From an uncultured Bdellovibrionales bacterium (GTDB lineage Bacteria > Patescibacteriota > Minisyncoccia > Moranbacterales > UBA2206): a stretch of DNA of 38,180 nucleotides. The notes beneath the pieces were generated by a model. It saw nothing but the letters and a program-made list of their open reading frames with translations. It was not told the origin of the DNA and did not search any database. A program made the translations under genes and the position numbers. The stretch covers positions 1 through 38,180 of the forward strand of contig CAZVVG010000003.1 of NCBI GenBank assembly GCA_964630615.1, in the 5' to 3' direction. Each line of letters begins with the position of its first letter. Within the stretch, counting starts at the first letter, position 1. This document shows positions 14,147 through 22,627 of the stretch, in pieces.

Positions 14147-15280
14147 TTAAAGATTAACCTCGATTTTCATTTCCTGCTCATTCCGAATCAGCGTCAGCTC
14201 AATAGTATCGCCTTTTTTATACTTGTAAAGAAGATCGGGCAAGGTATTTTTTTTGTTGATTTCTTCTCCGTTGAGAGCAATCAGCATATCTCCGATTTTC
14301 AGGCCCGCTTTTTGTGCAGGAGAACCTGCAATGACCGCCAACCCCTGTTGTCCGGAGGCGGAATAGACAAGCGCTCCGTTTTCCCGAGTGATTTTTCCTA
14401 GAGTCAGATAAGTTTTATTGGCCGGAAGGAAATAGATTCCCAAATAAGGATTCTGTTCCAGCCTGTTTTGTAGGACTTTATCCAAAACCCTTTTTATCTT
14501 ATTGGCTGGAATTTGAAAATAAGTTTTTTCCGGTCCGCTCTCTACCACACCGGTAACTCCGATGACCTGCCCAAGATAATCTACGATCGGTCCGCCGACA
14601 TACTCATCTTTGGAAGTAAAAGTGTCCTTAAAGACTCCTTCCATTTTTTCCGAGGAGGAAACCTTTCCTCCGAAAAGATTAAAATCCGAGCTCCAACCTC
14701 CCAAAATAGAGGTAGTGTAATTATTGGAATAATCCAATGAATTATTGCTCAAGGCGACGATTTTTTCCCCAATTTTAGCATCTTCCGAATTGGCAAAAGA
14801 AATCGTGGGCAAGTTGCTGGCTTCTATTTTCAGGAAGGCCAAGTTGCTATAGCTGTCAATGCCGAGGAGCTTGGCTTCTTTGACATTACCGTCAAAAAGA
14901 AACACCTGGTAGGTGGAATTTTCTTTCAGAAGGGCACTTGCGTAGGTCATAATGATGCCATCACTGGTCACAATCATTCCCGTTCCATTTTTTATGAGCG
15001 CCGGTTCTTTTTTGGAAATAGTCTCATTTTTTGAAGCCGAAACAATGTTGACCAGGGAGGAAGAAACCTGGTTGATAACTTTTTCAATGGAAAATTCCTC
15101 TTTGACCGTTACTTGCTCCGTTTTGTTTATGATGGTCACGTCTTGAGCTGCTTTTCTGACAATATCGTATTTGGAAAAAAAAGAAACCGTGCTTAGGTAA
15201 GGAAAAAGAAAGCGATCAGCCAGGATTCCACCGAAACCCCCCAATACGACCACTAAAAAATAAAAACCTATTTTTTTCAT
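14147..15280 (-). CDS. HtrA/DegP-like trypsin-fold plus PDZ protein with all three catalytic residues substituted (predicted inactive)
   Basis: 377 aa with an N-terminal TM helix. It aligns by eye to the active paralog at 16060-17322. TNKHVV becomes TYASAL (His to Ser), NNDIAIIKI becomes YSNLAFLKI (Asp to Asn), and GNSGGP becomes EYVGGP (Ser to Val). The PDZ-like C-terminus is retained (GSPAQKAGLKIGDMLIALNG). Confidence 0.8.
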   Translation of the reverse strand: MKKIGFYFLVVVLGGFGGILADRFLFPYLSTVSFFSKYDIVRKAAQDVTIINKTEQVTVKEEFSIEKVINQVSSSLVNIVSASKNETISKKEPALIKNGTGMIVTSDGIIMTYASALLKENSTYQVFLFDGNVKEAKLLGIDSYSNLAFLKIEASNLPTISFANSEDAKIGEKIVALSNNSLDYSNNYTTSILGGWSSDFNLFGGKVSSSEKMEGVFKDTFTSKDEYVGGPIVDYLGQVIGVTGVVESGPEKTYFQIPANKIKRVLDKVLQNRLEQNPYLGIYFLPANKTYLTLGKITRENGALVYSASGQQGLAVIAGSPAQKAGLKIGDMLIALNGEEINKKNTLPDLLYKYKKGDTIELTLIRNEQEMKIEVNL

Positions 15281-15298
15281 AGCTTTGATTTTTTTAAT

Positions 15299-16036
15299 TC
15301 AAATAAGAGGGATCCATTTGGAGGTTAGGAGAACCAGGGAGGCTAGAAAGAAGAAAAAAACCAGATTAGTAATTACCTTTTTTTTATTTAATTGATGAAG
15401 GAAGTAGCTTCTAATCAGATCCCAAAATATGTAGTAAAGTATGAGTCCAATGACGCCGGTTGTCAAATAGCCGAAAGGCCAAAAATTCATGGTCCAGATC
15501 AATTCTGTCATCAGAAAAGCCAAGATTAGGGTATAAAGCCATACCTGTTTCCGGTCCTGGTTAATCAGGGAAAAATAGGGAAAGCTGACAAAAAGGGTAA
15601 CGAATAAATAATCCAGCATCAGAAAATAAGCGGGAACTAAAAAGTTTAAGTAAAGTCCGTAAAGACTGGAATAGGAAAAAAAAATCGTGGAAACCGAAGC
15701 GGTTACGAGCATTCCTTGCGCGGTTTTATCTTTAGCGTAAAGACCAAGTCGGTTGGTTCCCAAGAGTCCTAAATAATAAACTAAAACCGAGAGGAAAATA
15801 AAAGCCTGTTCTTCTATCCAGAAAGAAATAAGGTAAAGAAGCGCAATAGAAAAAAGGGCGAAAAAGAAAGGAATAATCGCGAAAATCCATTTTTTTCCAA
15901 TTTGTGCTCCAATATAGAAAGAAAATATCAAGATAATGGATAAGATCCAAAAGACTTTTTCGGGAAAAAAAACCAAGGCCTCCAGACCGAGAAAAAAAAC
16001 CAAAGCGAAAATTAGGGGTCGGATCTTAATAAACAT
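15299..16036 (-). CDS. Polytopic membrane protein (unknown function)
   Basis: 245 aa and almost entirely hydrophobic, with about 7-8 TM segments. Lies between the two HtrA paralogs. Confidence 0.6.
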   Translation of the reverse strand: MFIKIRPLIFALVFFLGLEALVFFPEKVFWILSIILIFSFYIGAQIGKKWIFAIIPFFFALFSIALLYLISFWIEEQAFIFLSVLVYYLGLLGTNRLGLYAKDKTAQGMLVTASVSTIFFSYSSLYGLYLNFLVPAYFLMLDYLFVTLFVSFPYFSLINQDRKQVWLYTLILAFLMTELIWTMNFWPFGYLTTGVIGLILYYIFWDLIRSYFLHQLNKKKVITNLVFFFFLASLVLLTSKWIPLI

Positions 16037-16059
16037 TGAGACTCAAATAAATAAATAAC

Positions 16060-17322
16060 TTATTTTCTTTCCTCCAGCTTAACTTTAACGTTTTTTTCAT
16101 TTCCTTTGTGCCAGATTTTAAGCACGACTTCTTCACCCACATTATGCTGAGAAATCAAGTCACCCAGACTGTTATTTTCGTCAATTTTTGTTTCATTGAG
16201 TTCCAGGATTATGTCATTTTCAACCAGACCGGCCAAATCGGCTGGTGAGCCAGGAATAACAGCGAGATCGGTAATTTTTTCTCCTCGAGAAACCAAGGCG
16301 CCATAGGCAAAAGGAAGACTGTTGGCTTTCTGGAAACCTTTATCAATGAGAACGTAACGAATGCCCAGATAAGGAGTGGAAATTTTCCCCGTGGATTTTA
16401 CCTGATCCACGACTCGCTTAATATTGTTAGACGGAATAGCGAAGCCGATATTTTGAGCACCTTGAGCCATGGCGACATTTATGCCAATAACATTTCCAGT
16501 TATATCCAAAAGCGGGCCTCCAGAATTTCCCGGATTAATGGCGGCGTCTGTCTGGATTATGTCGTTCAATTTTTCCTGTTCCCCCATCAATGAGCCTGAG
16601 GCAGTAATATTTCTCTTAAGTCCGGAAACAATTCCCCTACTGACCGTGTTGGAAAATTCTCCCAGGGAGTTTCCAATCGCAATCACGGATTGTCCAATTT
16701 TTAAGGATTCCGAATCCCCCAACTCTAGGATAGGGAAATTTTCCCCAGATATTTTTATAATCGCAATATCATTATTCGGGTCTCGAGCCAAAACGGAAGC
16801 TTCATATTCTTGGTTATCATTTGTCAATACCGTATAGCTGGCGGCCTCGTCCGCAACCACGTGTTTATTGGTGACAATCATTCCATTGGCGGTTATCAGA
16901 AAACCTGTTCCTCCACCGATTTTTTCTTTTTGGTTTTCACCCTCTTTCGGCTGCGTTTCTTCCCAGGGAGAGAAAAAATTAGGAAAATTAAAACCAAAAG
17001 GGGAAGAAAAAAAGTCTTGCATTTTAGGGATATCTTTGGAAACCACAATGCTCACCACTGCCGGCGCGCTTTTTTCTACGACCTCGGTAACGGCGGAATC
17101 TTCTTCAATAACTTTTTGTTTAATGATGCTGGTTTCGGGAGATCTTTTTTCTAAAGAAAAGAAGGGATATTTTTTTGAAAACTGAATTTCCGACTTTTGG
17201 TAAAATCCGGCAGCCAGAAAACCGAAAACAGCTCCAAAAAACACAGAAATAATTAAACTGAGAGCTAGCACGAATAAAATCAGGAACTTGAAATTCTTTA
17301 TTTCCTCTTTTTCCATATGCAT
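16060..17322 (-). CDS. HtrA/DegP-family serine protease with PDZ domain (catalytic triad intact)
   Basis: 420 aa with an N-terminal TM helix. GTGFLITANGMIVTNKHVV (His), NDIAIIKI (Asp), NPGNSGGPLLD (Ser) and PDZ (GSPADLAGLVENDIILELN). Confidence 0.9.
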   Translation of the reverse strand: MHMEKEEIKNFKFLILFVLALSLIISVFFGAVFGFLAAGFYQKSEIQFSKKYPFFSLEKRSPETSIIKQKVIEEDSAVTEVVEKSAPAVVSIVVSKDIPKMQDFFSSPFGFNFPNFFSPWEETQPKEGENQKEKIGGGTGFLITANGMIVTNKHVVADEAASYTVLTNDNQEYEASVLARDPNNDIAIIKISGENFPILELGDSESLKIGQSVIAIGNSLGEFSNTVSRGIVSGLKRNITASGSLMGEQEKLNDIIQTDAAINPGNSGGPLLDITGNVIGINVAMAQGAQNIGFAIPSNNIKRVVDQVKSTGKISTPYLGIRYVLIDKGFQKANSLPFAYGALVSRGEKITDLAVIPGSPADLAGLVENDIILELNETKIDENNSLGDLISQHNVGEEVVLKIWHKGNEKNVKVKLEERK

Positions 17323-17335
17323 AATTTTTTAGTTC

Positions 17336-17515
17336 TTATTCCAGGGCAATGGCTTTGACCGGACAACTGTCAACGACTTGTTGACAATCGCATTGAGTGC
17401 ATTCCGCTCCAATAACTTTTGATTTTCCTTCTTCAACCTTAAAAACTTCAGGACAAAGCGATTCGCAGGTACCGCAACCAATACACAGCTCTTCGTTTAC
17501 TTTTGCTTTTGGCAT
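17336..17515 (-). CDS. Small 4Fe-4S ferredoxin (59 aa)
   Basis: Below the ORF-track size cutoff. Hand translation gives MPKAKVNEELCIGCGTCESLCPEVFKVEEGKSKVIGAECTQCDCQQVVDSCPVKAIALE, with CxxCxxCxxxCP and a distal CP. Confidence 0.8.
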   Translation of the reverse strand: MPKAKVNEELCIGCGTCESLCPEVFKVEEGKSKVIGAECTQCDCQQVVDSCPVKAIALE

Positions 17516-17542
17516 AATTTTATTTATTAATTATTATTTTAG

Positions 17543-18589
17543 CTAAAAGAGAACTGATAAATCTCCAGAGAAATTATTTCTAAGGTATTCCTCAAATTCT
17601 CGCAAAGCTGGATCGCGAAATTCCACCACCTGTCTTTCCTTGTCCCAATAGTAATCTTTTAGTAAGATTTGAACCTGGAAGTCCTTCTGTTTTTCCAGAA
17701 ACCATTGAGCGAAAGTTGGAGTTCGGACAAAAACCTGCTTAATTTTATATTTTTCCACTCCCTCTTCAATTTTCTTATCTTCTAACTTAATCAGGTGAAA
17801 GCCAAGCGGACTTTCAATAATTTGACTAATATCGCCTTTTTCCAAGGAAAAACAGGTTAGAGCGATTTCGGGAATCATTTGGTCCGCAGGAAACCAGCCC
17901 AATTCCCCTTCGTTCTTAGAGCTTTCTCCTTCAGAATATTCATTCGCTACTTCTTCGAAAGACAGACCTTGGTTAAGTTCTTGTTGGGCTTTTTCAATTT
18001 TATTCCGGGGGACCAGAAATTGCGTTTCTTCTTGACGCGAAGCTTCTTCCAATTTTTTTCCAAGGATCTGAGGCTGGATTATTTTTTCTTCCAGATCCTT
18101 GAGAGTCCAACCATAGAGCTGGCTGAGTTTTTCCAGGCCTTCGTCCGTTTCGGAAAATTGGGATTGCAGCTTCACTTTTTCTATTTCTTCTCTAATCATT
18201 TGAGGAGTGACTTCAAGGTTTTTTTCTTTGGCCAACAGGGCCATTATTTTATTTTCAATTAGCTTGTTGAGTAAATATTTTTCTTTTATCTTTAAGCGCT
18301 TTTCCCCTCCTTCAGTTGAAAAATCCACCCGTAATCCGGAATTAGAAAGATCCTGTTTTTCGTAAAAATTTTTTACGGCGCTAAGATTATCCTGAAGTTC
18401 TTGGTACATAATCGGGTGGGAAAAATTAACCAAAGCGGCCGGGTAAGGCATCCATCGAGCAGAAACCCTGAGCCAGTTATTTTGTAAATTAAAACCGTAA
18501 ACTAAGACGGCTGAAGTCAGAAAATAAAACAAAAGGACGATAAAAATACCGCTAAACAATATCTTGGGTTTGACCTTAGTTTTTTTCAT
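17543..18589 (-). CDS. Membrane-anchored parvulin-type peptidyl-prolyl isomerase (PpiC/PrsA/SurA-like)
   Basis: 348 aa with an N-terminal TM helix and a parvulin block (FEEVANEYSEGESSKNEGELGWF...ESPLGFHLIKLEDKK). Confidence 0.8.
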   Translation of the reverse strand: MKKTKVKPKILFSGIFIVLLFYFLTSAVLVYGFNLQNNWLRVSARWMPYPAALVNFSHPIMYQELQDNLSAVKNFYEKQDLSNSGLRVDFSTEGGEKRLKIKEKYLLNKLIENKIMALLAKEKNLEVTPQMIREEIEKVKLQSQFSETDEGLEKLSQLYGWTLKDLEEKIIQPQILGKKLEEASRQEETQFLVPRNKIEKAQQELNQGLSFEEVANEYSEGESSKNEGELGWFPADQMIPEIALTCFSLEKGDISQIIESPLGFHLIKLEDKKIEEGVEKYKIKQVFVRTPTFAQWFLEKQKDFQVQILLKDYYWDKERQVVEFRDPALREFEEYLRNNFSGDLSVLF

Positions 18590-19008
18590 AAAGATTTTTG
18601 ATCAAAGAAATAGCGCCACCATTTAAGAAAATTAGGAATTTCGGAAACTCTTTCAGTTTTTAGAGAAAAATCTTTTTCTTCACTGACATTAGTATTTTCT
18701 ATTTGCTCAATTATTTTAGATTTAATGAAAACCACGGATTCTCCCGGATCTTGTAAGCCTAATTTTTCTTTAGCTTCTTTTTTTTTGTAGGCCTCGCTTT
18801 CCAAGTAGGCCAAGCGTTCCTGAATTTCAAAATTTTCGCGGTCAATTTCTTTAGCTTGAGCCTCTAGAGTCTCTATTTCTTTCCGGATCCGGTTTTTTTT
18901 ATAAGTTTCCTTGAGAAGAGAGGAAACAATAAGAATCAAGCTGGCTAATCCGATAAAAATCAGGACTTTTAGCAAAAGGGGCCCTTTTTTTGTTTCTTGA
19001 TCGGGCAT
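18586..19008 (-). CDS. Septum formation initiator-like (FtsB/DivIC-type) protein
   Basis: 140 aa. One TM helix followed by a coiled coil (IRKEIETLEAQAKEIDRENFEIQERLAYLESEAY). The ATGA overlaps the downstream gene. Confidence 0.6.
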   Translation of the reverse strand: MPDQETKKGPLLLKVLIFIGLASLILIVSSLLKETYKKNRIRKEIETLEAQAKEIDRENFEIQERLAYLESEAYKKKEAKEKLGLQDPGESVVFIKSKIIEQIENTNVSEEKDFSLKTERVSEIPNFLKWWRYFFDQKSL

Positions 19009-19017
19009 TTTTTAAAA

Positions 19018-19131
19018 TCATAAGCTCATAAGAGGAGCAATCGTGAAGGCAATCATAGCTAAAACAGCTAAAATAGAAATCACTACCCAAATTTTATAAA
19101 TCTTCTTTTTCCGTCTTTTAATGTAACTCAT
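19018..19131 (-). CDS. Candidate 37-aa single-pass membrane peptide
   Basis: Hand translation gives MSYIKRRKKKIYKIWVVISILAVLAMIAFTIAPLMSL, a basic N-terminus followed by one TM helix. It ends 10 nt before the FtsB-like start. No SD. Low confidence. Confidence 0.35.
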   Translation of the reverse strand: MSYIKRRKKKIYKIWVVISILAVLAMIAFTIAPLMSL

Positions 19132-19137
19132 AAGAGT

Positions 19138-19166
19138 ATTTTAGCAAATTTCCTTAAAAGTACCAA
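19138..19166 (-). promoter_or_regulatory. Candidate promoter giving a leaderless transcript for the 37-aa ORF
   Basis: Minus strand reads TTGGTA, 17-nt spacer, TAAAAT, then 6 nt, then the ATG at 19131. Confidence 0.35.
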
Positions 19167-19176
19167 GGTTTGAAAA

Positions 19177-20967
19177 TTATTTTCTCAAAACCGCTAAAAA
19201 AGCTTCTGAAGGAATATTCACCTTTCCGATTTTTTTGAGCTTTTTTTTGCCTTTTTTTTGCTTTTCCAGAAGCTTTTTTTTACGGGTTACGTCTCCGCCA
19301 TAGAGTTTCTCCGTAACATCTTTCCGAAAGGCTTTGACTGTTTCCCGGGCAATGACTTTTCCTCCAATCGCTGCCTGGAGAGCGATTTGGAAATTTTGTT
19401 TAGGAATAACAGCTTTGAGTTTCTCCACCATTCTTTTTCCTTCAGCAAAAGCTTTTTCTTGGGGTACAATACGAGAAAAAGCTTCAACCTTTTCTTGAGC
19501 CACGAGAATATCCATTTTCACTAAGTTGTATTTTTTATATTCCGAAAGAGTGTAGCTCATGGAAGCATATCCTGAAGAAGCGCTCTTTAATTCATCGTGA
19601 AGATTGATAATCACTTCCGTAAGCGGACAGTCAAAAGTCAAAATGAGGCGTTCCTCATCAACGTAATGGGTGTTCAGATATTGCGATCGGGCGTCTTTCA
19701 TTATTTCCATAATGGAGCCGAGATATGAACTGGGAGAAACAATGTTTAACTTCACGTAGGGTTCAAAAATTTCTTCAATCGAAGACGGATCAGGCATTTC
19801 CGAGGGAGAATAAATTTTTTTCCTCCCCTCCTGATTTTTTAGCTTTATTTCGTAAACCACACTGGGAGTTGTAACTGTAGGACTGATTTTAAATTCTCTT
19901 TCCAGGCGGGACTGGATAATTTCCAAATGCAACATACCCAAAAATCCACAACGGAAACCTCTTCCGAGGGCAATGTTTGATTCCGGCTCAAAATCAAAAG
20001 CCGCGTCGTTTAATTTCAGTTTTTCCAGAGCCTCCCGCATAAAATTATAATCGTCACCTTCAATTGGATAAAAAGAAGCGTAAACCATAGGGACAACTTT
20101 TTGATATCCCGGTAATTTTAGAACCTGATCTTTCAAGTTTGAGAGGGTCAAGGTATCCCCGACTTGGCAGTGGGAAACACTTTTTAGTCCGGTGGCGATA
20201 TAACCGATATCGCCAGCCGCTAAGAATTCTTTTTTTTCCAATTCGGGCTTGAAACAGCCGACTTCAATAACTTGACCTTCCACTTGACCCTCCATAAGAA
20301 AAATTTTTTCCTCCGCTCGCACTTTTCCGTCCATTATTCTTACGTAAGCCAAAACCCCTTTGTATATGTCATATTTGGAATCAAAAATTAGTCCTCTAAA
20401 TTTATTTTTTTCGTTTCCTCTTGGAGGAGGAATTTTTTTTATAATTACTTCAATTAATTTTTCTATTCCCGTTCCTTCTTTTCCGGAAACCTCTAAAATT
20501 TCGTCTTCCCGACAGCCGAGAATATGAACAATTTCCTTTTTTGTCTTGGCAGTGTTGGCGCTGGGAAGATCAATCTTGTTGACGGCCGGAATTATCTCCA
20601 GCCCTTGCTCTATGGCCAGGTAGAGATTGGAAAGGGTTTGCGCTTGCACTCCCTTTGAAGCATCCACGAGCAAGACGGCGCCTTCAACCGCCGCCAAAGA
20701 ACGGGAAACTTCATAATTAAAATCCACATGTCCAGGAGTATCAATCAGGTTAAGTACGTATTTTTTCCCTTGCCAGAAATGTTCCATTCTTACAGGTTGG
20801 AGCTTAATTGTTATCCCCCGCTCTCTTTCCAAATCCATTTGATCCAGAAATTGTTCTTTCATTTTTCTTTTTTCCACTGTCCGCGTCACTTCTAAAAGAC
20901 GATCAGAGAGAGTCGATTTACCATGATCAATATGAGCAATAATGCAAAAATTACGAGTATTTTCCAT
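19177..20967 (-). CDS. lepA: Elongation factor 4 (LepA)
   Basis: 596 aa. NFCIIAHIDHGKSTL, DTPGHVDF and NKIDL G-motifs, plus the LepA-specific C-terminus. Confidence 0.95.
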   Translation of the reverse strand: MENTRNFCIIAHIDHGKSTLSDRLLEVTRTVEKRKMKEQFLDQMDLERERGITIKLQPVRMEHFWQGKKYVLNLIDTPGHVDFNYEVSRSLAAVEGAVLLVDASKGVQAQTLSNLYLAIEQGLEIIPAVNKIDLPSANTAKTKKEIVHILGCREDEILEVSGKEGTGIEKLIEVIIKKIPPPRGNEKNKFRGLIFDSKYDIYKGVLAYVRIMDGKVRAEEKIFLMEGQVEGQVIEVGCFKPELEKKEFLAAGDIGYIATGLKSVSHCQVGDTLTLSNLKDQVLKLPGYQKVVPMVYASFYPIEGDDYNFMREALEKLKLNDAAFDFEPESNIALGRGFRCGFLGMLHLEIIQSRLEREFKISPTVTTPSVVYEIKLKNQEGRKKIYSPSEMPDPSSIEEIFEPYVKLNIVSPSSYLGSIMEIMKDARSQYLNTHYVDEERLILTFDCPLTEVIINLHDELKSASSGYASMSYTLSEYKKYNLVKMDILVAQEKVEAFSRIVPQEKAFAEGKRMVEKLKAVIPKQNFQIALQAAIGGKVIARETVKAFRKDVTEKLYGGDVTRKKKLLEKQKKGKKKLKKIGKVNIPSEAFLAVLRK

Positions 20968-20974
20968 CTTTTAT

Positions 20975-22564
20975 TTAAATTCCACTAACCTCCTTGGTAT
21001 CTTCAGTAATCAATTCCGGCTGTTTAAATAATTTTTTGGAGAGGGATTGCTTGAAATTAAAAAACTCTTCCAGTTTGAGCCAGTAGCAAGACAAGGAAAA
21101 AACCAAAAGACCAAGAAAAAGAGAAGCAAAAAACTGGACGAAGATTCCCAAAAAAGTATCAATTTCTAAGTGCACTCCGATATAATTCTTTGAAAGTTGA
21201 ATCGTGCCAGCAGCCAAAAGAGAAGCTAGGATAATTTTCAGCGTAGAGTGGATCATTTTTCGGTCATCTTTGATGGAGAATTTTTTCCTAAGGAAGAACA
21301 AGAGAAGAAAAAATTGCACAACGCTGCCAAGAGAAAAAGCCAAAGCTAAGCCGGCGACCTGAAATTTTCCAATAAAAGCGAAAACAAGGGAAATATTAAT
21401 TATTTCCGATACGAGAGCCACATAAAAAGGAGTTTTAGTGTCCTGAAAAGAAAAAAAGGCTCGAGCGAGAAGCGGGATAGCGCTTTGGGCAAAAAGACTT
21501 AGGGCAAAAATACCCAGGCATTCAAAAGTCAGAATCGTATCTTCCCAGTCAAATTTTCCAGAACCGAGAATGACTCTTACGATTTGAGCTCTTAAAACAA
21601 AAATAAAAGCACTTAAAGGAATTATAAAGAAAAATATTTGCCTTAGGGTGGAAGAGAAAGTATCGGAAAATTCCTTCTTTTCCTTTTTCGCGGCTAGAGC
21701 GGAAAGAACGGGAAAAGCGGCAATGGCAAAGGAAATTCCAAAAAGACCCAAAGGAACGCTTTGCAAATTTTGAGCAAAGCTAAAAATTGCCAAACTACCG
21801 GATTTCAGAGTCGAAGCGAAAATCGTAATGACAAGGAGATTGATTTGGCTTAAGGCGATTCCTAGGGCGCGCGGAATCATTAATTGAAAAACTCGGCGAA
21901 CACTCGCTTCTTTAAAAGCTTTAAAAAATTTACAGCGAAATTTAAAACCGAGTTTTTTGGCGGCCGGATATTGAATCAGCATGTGTAAAAAGGCACCTAA
22001 AACCACACCCCAAGCCAATCCGCTTGGCCCAAAAATTCTCACTAAAAAAACTACTCCAATAATAATTCCTAGGTTATAAAAAACCGGAGCCAGAGAATAA
22101 ATAAAAAAATGTTTAAAAGAAGTCAAAATCCCTCCAAAAATTCCACTAATGCCTAGAAAGATTGGACTTAAAAACATTATGCGCGTGAAAGAAACTACCA
22201 CTTTTATTTTTTCCTCGGAAAATCCGGGAGTAAGAATTTTTACGATAAGAGGCGCGAACAAGAAGCAAATAAAAGAGAAGACGAAAACAAAAAAAATAAG
22301 AATGCTCATCATCCCATTTATTAATTTCCAAGCTTCCTGATTTTTTTCTTGACTTATAAGCTCGGTAAAAACCGGTATCAGGGCGGCACTTAAGGCGCCT
22401 AAAATCAGTAAATTATAAATCAAATCTGGGATTCTGAAAGCGGCGTAATAGGAATCTAAAACATCTCCCGCGCCAAAACTGTAAGCTAAAAGTCGATCTC
22501 GAAAAAGACCTAAAACTCGACTCGTGATTCCAGCCAAGGTAATTACGAAAGCCGCCGAAACCAC
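20975..22564 (-). CDS. murJ: MurJ/MviN-family (MOP superfamily) lipid-linked oligosaccharide flippase
   Basis: 529 aa and polytopic. N-terminal TSRVLGLFRDRLLAYSFGAGDVLDSYYAAFRIPD is characteristic of MurJ. GTG start. Confidence 0.85.
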   Translation of the reverse strand: MVSAAFVITLAGITSRVLGLFRDRLLAYSFGAGDVLDSYYAAFRIPDLIYNLLILGALSAALIPVFTELISQEKNQEAWKLINGMMSILIFFVFVFSFICFLFAPLIVKILTPGFSEEKIKVVVSFTRIMFLSPIFLGISGIFGGILTSFKHFFIYSLAPVFYNLGIIIGVVFLVRIFGPSGLAWGVVLGAFLHMLIQYPAAKKLGFKFRCKFFKAFKEASVRRVFQLMIPRALGIALSQINLLVITIFASTLKSGSLAIFSFAQNLQSVPLGLFGISFAIAAFPVLSALAAKKEKKEFSDTFSSTLRQIFFFIIPLSAFIFVLRAQIVRVILGSGKFDWEDTILTFECLGIFALSLFAQSAIPLLARAFFSFQDTKTPFYVALVSEIINISLVFAFIGKFQVAGLALAFSLGSVVQFFLLLFFLRKKFSIKDDRKMIHSTLKIILASLLAAGTIQLSKNYIGVHLEIDTFLGIFVQFFASLFLGLLVFSLSCYWLKLEEFFNFKQSLSKKLFKQPELITEDTKEVSGI

Positions 22565-22627
22565 CGAGCGCGAAGGCTGGGAATTGATTAAATTGTTATT
22601 AAAAAATCTTTTAATATTAGGTAGTGC

